DNA of 64,000 nucleotides, taken from positions 1-64,000 of IMG/VR virus record IMGVR_UViG_3300037132_000276; one strand, written 5' to 3'. Both the position numbers and the translations under genes were made by a program. Numbering within the stretch: the first letter of the stretch is position 1; the number at the start of each line of letters is the position of its first letter. Under the pieces are notes generated by a model that saw nothing but the letters and a program-made list of their open reading frames with translations, was not told where the DNA came from and made no database searches. Below, piece by piece: positions 9,607 through 17,329 of this stretch. Source of the DNA: a virus.

Positions 9607-10338
9607 TTATTCTGCTACAACTTTATTCTTTGAAGAAGTTTCATTTTCGAGAATCTGTTCGAAGAGTCTATCCCGATTCCTTCGTTCTTCTTTAGAAAAT
9701 CTTTTTATAATATTTTTCACTTTCGGAGTTTTAAATGTTTTTACTAAATCCCCCAAAGACATATTGACATTCTCGGTATCAGTATCAGTTTCCTCGTCAA
9801 TAGATTTTTCTTTTATCAGAACCCTTTCAGGCTTAATCCATAATTCGAGTTTGTATTTAATAGCATCTTCTTTTTTTACAAATCTTTCAAGGCCGTAATG
9901 AACCACTTTCACAAAACTCTCAAGGTATAATTTCCTTGATTCAGCAGCAGCATGGTTAACATTTTCCAGTAACTCTTCCCATGTATAAAAATCTATAAAT
10001 TTATCATAACTCAAAATATCAGCATGCGATGGTTCCGGAAATCTACATGTTGCAATCATAACCTCAATGGCATCCTGAAATTTTTCATCATTAAAACCTA
10101 AGCGGTCAATCATTATTTCCAATGTTTTATACCAATCGTCGGTTAATTTTGGTTTTGAACCTTTAATTAATTTACATCCTAATGCGAAAATCTCTAAACT
10201 AACTTTACCTGGCTTATAAATACTAATCTGGTTTGTTTTGATATTCCCTAACGGCTCGGGCCGTGCAAAGGTTTGTAAGGAAGTCGTTTGTCGCACCTGA
10301 AGATTTTTGCTCTGATTTTCCATTATTCTCTGATTCAT
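9607..10338 (-). CDS. Hypothetical protein, possible replication accessory/loader
   Basis: Overlaps the initiator gene; start is probably the second Met (MENQS). Confidence 0.6.
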   Translation of the reverse strand: MNQRIMENQSKNLQVRQTTSLQTFARPEPLGNIKTNQISIYKPGKVSLEIFALGCKLIKGSKPKLTDDWYKTLEIMIDRLGFNDEKFQDAIEVMIATCRFPEPSHADILSYDKFIDFYTWEELLENVNHAAAESRKLYLESFVKVVHYGLERFVKKEDAIKYKLELWIKPERVLIKEKSIDEETDTDTENVNMSLGDLVKTFKTPKVKNIIKRFSKEERRNRDRLFEQILENETSSKNKVVAE

Positions 10339-11101
10339 AATTTAATCCATTCCAGCCATTTGTGATCGAAAGATTAATTTTTTCAATTATTTTTGCAGTT
10401 CCGCCTTCAACTGTTCGTAAATATTTTATTTGCGAAGTGGCGGTTATTTTATCAATTGGTTTTCCGCGGATATGGTTTCTATTAACCCAGCGTCGCCATG
10501 TTTTTCGTAAGTCCTCGCTACTGCCATCAAGATTTATGTTAAAAATGCCAAAAAAGTATTTAACTCCTTCAATCTCTTCGTCATCTTCAGCTAAAGTCTC
10601 TACTGTGGGTTGAGAATCTTTTATGGTCTCACTATCTTTTTTAAAATCATTATTAATTTCATTTATATTTTCATTTTCAGTTTCAGCATTTGGATAACCT
10701 CTTACTCCATTTTTGGTTAAGTCTTGGTTAACCAAATTAGGGTTACCCCCTTGTTTTCCTGCGTTTTTACGTTTATTTGATAACTCAACTATATTTACAA
10801 TTTTACGGCAATAAATGGCTCCATCAGATTCTCGCCTACTAAACAATCCAATGTCTGCAAACGAGGTTAACCTCTTGGTTGTAGTTTGGTTATCCAAATT
10901 AAGAGCAATTGCTATCATTTCAGTGGTCATTGGTTTATTGTTAACAGTCAAATATCCTCTTTCCTTGCTTTCCCACATCAAAAAAATCAATTCCAACCAA
11001 ATCATTTTGTCTTCACGATTCAATATTTGTACTGCCGGATCTTTTTTCCAGTCACCTATGTAAAACGGCATTGCAGGTAAGTCGCATTTTTTATCGGGCA
11101 T
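10223..11101 (-). CDS. Phage replication initiator (DUF1376/YdaU-like)
   Basis: PFYIGDWKKDPAV N-terminus, AGKQGGNP linker, C-terminal SITNGWNGL motif. Confidence 0.8.
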   Translation of the reverse strand: MPDKKCDLPAMPFYIGDWKKDPAVQILNREDKMIWLELIFLMWESKERGYLTVNNKPMTTEMIAIALNLDNQTTTKRLTSFADIGLFSRRESDGAIYCRKIVNIVELSNKRKNAGKQGGNPNLVNQDLTKNGVRGYPNAETENENINEINNDFKKDSETIKDSQPTVETLAEDDEEIEGVKYFFGIFNINLDGSSEDLRKTWRRWVNRNHIRGKPIDKITATSQIKYLRTVEGGTAKIIEKINLSITNGWNGLNYESENNGKSEQKSSGATNDFLTNLCTARAVREYQNKPD

Positions 11102-11462
11102 TATTTATCTCTTTCTTATGCTGCGAATTGAATATTGGCTTTAATCTATTTATGAGTTTAATTTCGTAATCATAAAATCCCCGTTTCATCTCAATAAAAA
11201 ATAATATTGCAAAAGAATCGGGATCTAATCTTTCTATTTTAGAGGGAACTTTATGGATTTTACGTCTCTGTTTTAAGTTGATTGAACTCCCCACATAAAC
11301 AATTTCTCTTTCTTTTGTAAAACGATTAAATTTAACAAAGATATATACTCCACTTGTTTCTATTAAGTCTTTATAGGTCTTATCGTAAGTATTGAAACAA
11401 TACCATTTTCTTTCAATATATTCTAAAAACTTTTTTCTTAATACTGCAGGATCTTTTGCCAT
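11091..11462 (-). CDS. GIY-YIG endonuclease
   Basis: SGVYIF...VYVGSSINLKQRRKIH...E..LI..LKPIFN. Confidence 0.85.
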   Translation of the reverse strand: MAKDPAVLRKKFLEYIERKWYCFNTYDKTYKDLIETSGVYIFVKFNRFTKEREIVYVGSSINLKQRRKIHKVPSKIERLDPDSFAILFFIEMKRGFYDYEIKLINRLKPIFNSQHKKEINNAR

Positions 11463-11656
11463 GTTTTTAGAATCCGTATTAGATTAACAGAAAATTATTA
11501 TTATAATAATTAAAATTATTGCTGGTATAGCTATTATTGGAATACATCCAGATTCCTCTTTCCTATGTTTACATTTTACTTTACTGCATATGAAGCAATC
11601 AGATGGCGTTGCCATATTATATTTTCCATCGCATTTCTCCATAACACCTCCATTAT

Positions 11657-12061
11657 TTATAAAAGAGTTAATTGATCAAGTGGGATTATTTTCTTTTTCT
11701 CAACATTTAGAAACCATTCGCTAACAACTTGGGCGACCGTTTTCTTTTCACAAAGGGCAATATTTTTAATAATATTACCAGCGCGACTTTGTTCAGATTT
11801 TCTATATTTTTCCCATTCCTCGTCCGTTTCGGCAAGATAAAGTCCACAATCAGAATCCCTACATAATTTAATATGGTCCCGCTGGGCATTTTCACAATTA
11901 TCTCTAACTTTTCGCGTGAACGAGGGTTTTGAAAGCCAACCACCTTCAGCTTTATACTCTTGATAGAGCTTATCATAAGTCTTTGCGAATAATTTCCCGG
12001 GCTTAAGCTTGCTTATGATGTACTTGTAATCATTTAACTTTAGTTCGTCTTGCTTAGTCAT
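11657..12061 (-). CDS. Hypothetical protein, possible winged-helix
   Basis: ORF with GLYLAET.EE motif of small phage wHTH proteins. Confidence 0.55.
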   Translation of the reverse strand: MTKQDELKLNDYKYIISKLKPGKLFAKTYDKLYQEYKAEGGWLSKPSFTRKVRDNCENAQRDHIKLCRDSDCGLYLAETDEEWEKYRKSEQSRAGNIIKNIALCEKKTVAQVVSEWFLNVEKKKIIPLDQLTLL

Positions 12062-12115
12062 ATTATTTATATACTTTTATATGTTATGTTTATCAAATGA
12101 CTTTAATCATCTCTA

Positions 12116-13915
12116 TTAGAATAATTTGTTTGAAGCAATAACGTTACCGCTGCCGACTTCGATTAATTTACGCTGCGCTAAACGTTGTATGTAAGCATCT
12201 CTCGATGAGCGCTTATATTTCATTCTTTCTGTTATATCATCTCTTGAAATAGCATGGGGATATTCATTAATAAGTAATTCAAAAATGATCTTCTCGCCTC
12301 CGGACAATCTGTTCAACCAATAATCTCTTAGGTTTCTTCCGGTTGGGAGGGGTTCAAAATTTTCACCCAGGAACGCAAGACCTTGCTCTGTAGCCGTTAT
12401 AATGCCGTTGGATATATTGCAGCATCCTTTTTGTGTTAAACGCTGTAGATAAGCATCCCTGGATGATCTTTTATAACCGGTTAATATGGTTAGCTGTTCG
12501 CGGTCTACTCCATCTTCATGCTGGGCTATGGCGGTTAAGACTATTTTCTCACCTTTGCCGATTTCAAATTCGTTTTTATAATGATTTTTGAGATCGTTAC
12601 CCATTTTCAAAGCAATATCTGCGGGATTTCTACTAAAAACCGGTTTTAATACTTTGCCGTCCTTCCCTATAGCAACAAGTGAATAGTCATATGTTTTTGA
12701 AGAAGGATGATTGTCAATTTTAAATTCTTGCCATTGGGTTTCTGCTGGTAAAAGATTGTCCGATGTGATATCGCCTATTTTATTGATAAGAAAAGGAACG
12801 GTTTCTTGAATTTTGTCTATGCTTTTTTTGAATAATTTAAGAAGATTATCACCGAAATTCATGGTCTTTTCTATTTTTAACCTTAACAAGTTGTTCTCAT
12901 TTCTTAGAATTTTTAATTCATCGGTTTCTATAATCGTTGATTTTTGTTGTAAATGTCCCTTATTCTCCTTTTCTAACTCATGGATACGTTTTTTGAGGAT
13001 TTCCGGATCCGCCGCCTTTGCTTTTTCTATTGTTGATTTTAACTCTTCTGAAAGCTTCTCTATTTCAAGGGGTTCAAGTGGTTTAATGTTTATCGGCTTG
13101 CTTCCAAACTCGGGCGTACTGGATGCATTATAAGTCCACTTCTGATCAATTTTTATCTGTTTCGAAATTTTTAACCATTGAGGGCTCCAGATACGACATG
13201 TACCAACTTCAAGTTTAGGAAGATCGTCAGCAATTGAAGTGTCAACACCTTTTTCTTTCATCCAATCTTCAATAGCCCTCCTTTCGTGTGGGCCTGTCAT
13301 TTGAAATGCATAAAAACACTCTGTTTGATTTAAGGCTTTTTTATTTACTTCCTGCGGTCGCTGGGAAATTAAGCTGCCTCCAATCCCAAAGTTTCTGCCT
13401 AGCTTCCAGATCCGGTTAAAAGCGTGAACCATCCGCTCCTCGCCTTTTTGCGAATTTTGGGGAATAAATTCTTGGCATTCCTCCAGGCAAAGATGAACCG
13501 GCGAAGGCTTGCTTTTGTATCGAAAAAAGAAACGGGCAGCCCACTCGGTTGCAAACCTTGTTTTGTCGGCATCACTTTCAAATTGTGAAACGTCTATTAT
13601 TGCCGAAACATGTTTATCGGCTATAAAGTCTGCTATAAGTTTTCCGCCCCCAGGCTCTATCGGAATGTCTCCATGAAGACCGCCAAAAACATAAATTGTC
13701 TTTATGCCATCACTTTTGCCATCCGCAGCCAAACGTAATCCCCAATGAACACCCACGGGATCCAGGATAACAACCTGCATGCCCAAACGAAGCATTTCTT
13801 CAGCAAGCTTACCAAATGCATAAGTTTTGCCCGAACCCGTTCTTCCCATGAATGCATTTTTTTGAGTAATAACGTCACTCGGTAAGACTAAATTTTTTGA
13901 AATGTTTAATTTCAT
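12116..13915 (-). CDS. HerA/DUF87-like P-loop ATPase with coiled coil and two C-terminal wHTH-like repeats
   Basis: GRTGSGKT, ILDPVG, LEECQEF, GRNFGIG, SQRPQ; YKRSSRDAY(L/I)QRL twice. Confidence 0.85.
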   Translation of the reverse strand: MKLNISKNLVLPSDVITQKNAFMGRTGSGKTYAFGKLAEEMLRLGMQVVILDPVGVHWGLRLAADGKSDGIKTIYVFGGLHGDIPIEPGGGKLIADFIADKHVSAIIDVSQFESDADKTRFATEWAARFFFRYKSKPSPVHLCLEECQEFIPQNSQKGEERMVHAFNRIWKLGRNFGIGGSLISQRPQEVNKKALNQTECFYAFQMTGPHERRAIEDWMKEKGVDTSIADDLPKLEVGTCRIWSPQWLKISKQIKIDQKWTYNASSTPEFGSKPINIKPLEPLEIEKLSEELKSTIEKAKAADPEILKKRIHELEKENKGHLQQKSTIIETDELKILRNENNLLRLKIEKTMNFGDNLLKLFKKSIDKIQETVPFLINKIGDITSDNLLPAETQWQEFKIDNHPSSKTYDYSLVAIGKDGKVLKPVFSRNPADIALKMGNDLKNHYKNEFEIGKGEKIVLTAIAQHEDGVDREQLTILTGYKRSSRDAYLQRLTQKGCCNISNGIITATEQGLAFLGENFEPLPTGRNLRDYWLNRLSGGEKIIFELLINEYPHAISRDDITERMKYKRSSRDAYIQRLAQRKLIEVGSGNVIASNKLF

Positions 13916-13924
13916 TAATTTCCT

Positions 13925-14374
13925 CTAAGATTTAGAAATAAAATAAATGCTGATTATTGCAAAAACTAATCCAATAAATGTATTAAGAGTAAATCTATTG
14001 TCTCCAAAAAGAATATATAGAATAGCCATCATTACAATATATTTGATTTCATAAATCGAACTTACCATAACATTCTGATTTCTTGTGATTTCATACCACA
14101 ATAATGAAGTAATGCAGGTTGCTACATATAATAATGCCCAAATCCAATATTTTGAATCTGATTGGAATTTATGAAAATCACCTAGTATATCATTCTTGAA
14201 GATTAATGAACCTAAAATAAATAGAGTTAATCCTTCACAAAGCCATATCATCAAAAAGAATAAATAAGAAAAATTCTGAACAATCTTTTCATAGAAGATG
14301 CAACCAATTGCGGTTGATAAAGCAAGCGATATTCCCAATATTTGTGATTTTAGAGGGCTCAATTTTGATCGCAT
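13925..14374 (-). CDS. Multi-pass membrane protein (EamA/DMT-like half)
   Basis: About 5 TM helices. Confidence 0.55.
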   Translation of the reverse strand: MRSKLSPLKSQILGISLALSTAIGCIFYEKIVQNFSYLFFLMIWLCEGLTLFILGSLIFKNDILGDFHKFQSDSKYWIWALLYVATCITSLLWYEITRNQNVMVSSIYEIKYIVMMAILYILFGDNRFTLNTFIGLVFAIISIYFISKS

Positions 14375-14847
14375 TCATTAAAATATTGAACAACTTTTTC
14401 AACTATTTCAAGAGTTAATCCCGTGGAAAACTTTGTTAAAAAAAGCTTCTTTGCAAAATCATAGCATTGTAATTCCTCGGGTTGATCGTCAATAATGGCA
14501 AACCTTTCTATTGTATGCCGCGGGTTTAAAAGATAATGTTCCATATATTTTTTAATTTCTGCACCCCTACCTAAAACAGATGCGATTAAACTACTACCCG
14601 GATCCTCGACCCCCAAAAATGGTGTTACTCCAATTATCCGCGTACTTGTTGCATGGTTATAGTTAAATAATTCTTTAAAATGCACTAATCGCATTCCCCT
14701 TACTTTTCGGTTGCTGGTTATTACTATTTCAAGATCCGGCAATTCTGAAAGTAATTTATTATAAGCTTGAACATTCTTGGGGTTGAAAACATTGCTCATA
14801 GAATTTTGAGTAAGCACGCCATCGATATCAAGAAAAATTATATTCAA
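14359..14847 (-). CDS. HAD-superfamily phosphatase (Swiss Army knife RNA-repair-like HAD)
   Basis: FLDIDGVL, IVITS, RGAEI, FAIIDD, GLT. Confidence 0.85.
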   Translation of the reverse strand: MNIIFLDIDGVLTQNSMSNVFNPKNVQAYNKLLSELPDLEIVITSNRKVRGMRLVHFKELFNYNHATSTRIIGVTPFLGVEDPGSSLIASVLGRGAEIKKYMEHYLLNPRHTIERFAIIDDQPEELQCYDFAKKLFLTKFSTGLTLEIVEKVVQYFNECDQN

Positions 14848-14848
14848 T

Positions 14849-15337
14849 TTATTTTATTTCCCCAGTTACGGTTTTTTCAATTAATGACAATAAATTACTT
14901 CTTCCAACATGATGATTTAGAAAGCCTTCATAAGCATTCTGTTCAAACAAAAATTCTATCATCTCCCTATGTATATCGTTATTGTGTTTTGTAGCCTTAT
15001 CAAGATATTCATAATAAATATCTTCATCCTTTTCTTTTTCAAATAACTTTAATCGACATGGAATTAAAGGGATTAGATATCTTTGCAACCATAAATCATT
15101 GAATTCAAATACATGTTGCCCGCGAGATAATTTTAATAATTCATTTATTTCATCTTTATTGGCGGGATTAATTGAATTTGCTTTGTCTATTATTTCCCCA
15201 TTAACATCCGATAAAGGAATTATCATATCTCTGATTTGATAAAAACGGAAGCATTTATTAAAAGAATCGGATATGTGTCCTGTCCAAAATTCATATTTTT
15301 GTTCTAAGAATTCCGGTTTATAAGTATAAAGTTTCAT
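14849..15337 (-). CDS. Hypothetical protein
   Basis: Coupled ORF (ATGA overlap). Confidence 0.7.
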   Translation of the reverse strand: MKLYTYKPEFLEQKYEFWTGHISDSFNKCFRFYQIRDMIIPLSDVNGEIIDKANSINPANKDEINELLKLSRGQHVFEFNDLWLQRYLIPLIPCRLKLFEKEKDEDIYYEYLDKATKHNNDIHREMIEFLFEQNAYEGFLNHHVGRSNLLSLIEKTVTGEIK

Positions 15338-15576
15338 TTTATGCCCTTTCTTTCAGTATTAAGTTGTGTTAAGAAATCCGCAATATCGAGCAAACATGTA
15401 TTATTAAAAATTGCATCCGGTATATATTGGCTCCATATATGTTCTTTCCATTTTGGATACCATTGAATACACGCCAAGATAGCTCCGGACTTTTTGTTCA
15501 TGCATTTCCAGCAGTTTATTGTATCAACAATCCCTTCTTCAAATTTCAGGAATTTATAAATTGTTTTTTGCGGCAT
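15334..15576 (-). CDS. Hypothetical phage protein
   Basis: Coupled ORF. Confidence 0.7.
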   Translation of the reverse strand: MPQKTIYKFLKFEEGIVDTINCWKCMNKKSGAILACIQWYPKWKEHIWSQYIPDAIFNNTCLLDIADFLTQLNTERKGIK

Positions 15577-15737
15577 AATCTTTTGTTTCCGATTGTATTA
15601 TAAACCGTCTTTTTGTACCTCGTCTTTTGGTAGCTCCGGCAATGGCCGCAGGCGAGCATCTTCGAGTTTATTGGTTATCTCGTCAATGGCTCGATTATAC
15701 CCATAGTCTTGTGCAGTGAGGTAATCTCCCATCATTC

Positions 15738-15956
15738 TTAATCCAGACATAATATTAATCGCCTCTTTCCGCCTGCTGGCATAATTGTAAGAACTATTCC
15801 GTTATATGCCGCTGTATCTTTTTCTGCTTTGGCGGCTTCTTCAGAAAATTTTCGCGCATATCCCTTGTTGGTCGTCCATCCTGTTTTTAATAAATAAAAA
15901 TTTCTCTCTTTATCATATAAAACAAATTCAGGGGTTTTCATAGTTTTCGCTGGCAT
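15738..15956 (-). CDS. Hypothetical protein
   Basis: ORF with AGGA RBS. Confidence 0.6.
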   Translation of the reverse strand: MPAKTMKTPEFVLYDKERNFYLLKTGWTTNKGYARKFSEEAAKAEKDTAAYNGIVLTIMPAGGKRRLILCLD

Positions 15957-15985
15957 TGTAATTCCTAAATTGATTAAATGTTTAT

Positions 15986-16420
15986 TTAAAATGGGAGATC
16001 ATCATCTGTATTTGTGCTTTCGTCCGGAATCTCACCCTTGCTACTATATCCCGGCGAGCTTTCCTGGTGCTGTTGGCTGCCGGATCCTTCTTGCTTCTCA
16101 AGTGGAATAAGTTTTTCAGAGATTATTTCAGTAACGTATCTTTTAACTCCGTCTTTATCGGTGTAATCTCGTTTGGATAATCTTCCTTCGACGTAGATCT
16201 TTTTGCCTTTCTTGAGTGCCTCTTTCATGAAGTCTGATAGCTCCCATGAAACGCAATTATGCCATGTAGTCTCATTTATATAGTTGCCGTCTTTCCCTTT
16301 ATATGAGTTAACGGTGGCGATTGAAAAAGATGTTACCGATTTGTTGTTGGTTGTAAATCTGGTCTCAGCATCATTCCCGAGATTTCCAATAAGCATGATT
16401 TTGTTTAATGAAAATGCCAT
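15986..16420 (-). CDS. ssb: Single-stranded DNA-binding protein
   Basis: LNKIMLIGNLG.D, TTWHN, KG.KIYVEGRL, acidic tail DDDLPF. Confidence 0.97.
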   Translation of the reverse strand: MAFSLNKIMLIGNLGNDAETRFTTNNKSVTSFSIATVNSYKGKDGNYINETTWHNCVSWELSDFMKEALKKGKKIYVEGRLSKRDYTDKDGVKRYVTEIISEKLIPLEKQEGSGSQQHQESSPGYSSKGEIPDESTNTDDDLPF

Positions 16421-16421
16421 T

Positions 16422-17108
16422 TTATTTTATCCTCCTAAAGGTTATTATCCATACGAAAGGATTTGTTTCCCAGCCATATCCGCGTTTTTTATTTAATTCA
16501 TCCCAAAGAGCTGCGAAATAACTTTTATATTTATAGGGATCTCCATAATCCTTCGGCAAGAACTTTCCAGAAATTCTGACCAACGGAATGGCTGCACGTC
16601 CATTATTAGATTTATAACAATCTATTCGCATCCCCTCTTTCATCGCATCTTCTTCGGTAATATCTTGTACCCGTTCAACTTTCAAATCGGTTATCTCGAG
16701 CTGGATCCTTGAAATGTTTCTCGGCATGTGAATACTCGGTTTCCATTTAGGTGCCGGTATAAGTTCGGCTGCCGTTTTATTCCAATTGGCTTTATAAGCA
16801 GGGTTTCCATCGTCATCATAATTGGGAACAAAACTTTCTCTGCACCAAAGTTGATCAGCAGCATATCCATATCTTGCGGTAAAATATTCCGTACAATTTT
16901 CTCCGATTTTATTACATACTTCTTTAGGATCAGCAAAGTAATGTTTGCCGGTAATACTCCTATCCACTTGATCAGTTGCAGACCAGAAAACCCAATTATC
17001 TTTAATGGGGATTTTAGTTTTAATAATCCTTCTCGTTTGTGTTTTTTCTCCCCCTAAAATGGCTTGAATCATTGGAGTTGAAAAAAGTATTGGTCGCTCG
17101 TTCATCAT
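16422..17108 (-). CDS. ASCH/PUA-like phage protein
   Basis: ERPILFSTPMIQAIL..KTQTRR, WKPSIHMPR..SRI.LEIT..VERVQDITEEDA, W..NPFVW. Confidence 0.8.
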   Translation of the reverse strand: MMNERPILFSTPMIQAILGGEKTQTRRIIKTKIPIKDNWVFWSATDQVDRSITGKHYFADPKEVCNKIGENCTEYFTARYGYAADQLWCRESFVPNYDDDGNPAYKANWNKTAAELIPAPKWKPSIHMPRNISRIQLEITDLKVERVQDITEEDAMKEGMRIDCYKSNNGRAAIPLVRISGKFLPKDYGDPYKYKSYFAALWDELNKKRGYGWETNPFVWIITFRRIK

Positions 17109-17320
17109 GCACCCTTAGCCCTTATGCTTAATTCTTTAAATGAAACCGTCTCTTCAATAGTTTGTTTGTTAATGCTTTTTGATACATAAAAAGCTATGCT
17201 TTTGTTATTATGAACTTCGCGATATATCCCTACTTTGCCGCTGAAAAAAGCTTTCGCAAATATTTTAGTGTTGTTAAGTCGCATCTGATAATTTTTGCTA
17301 TTTTTATTTATATGAGCCAC
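17105..17320 (-). CDS. Hypothetical protein
   Basis: Short coupled ORF. Confidence 0.5.
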   Translation of the reverse strand: MAHINKNSKNYQMRLNNTKIFAKAFFSGKVGIYREVHNNKSIAFYVSKSINKQTIEETVSFKELSIRAKGA

Positions 17321-17329
17321 TTTAATCTC

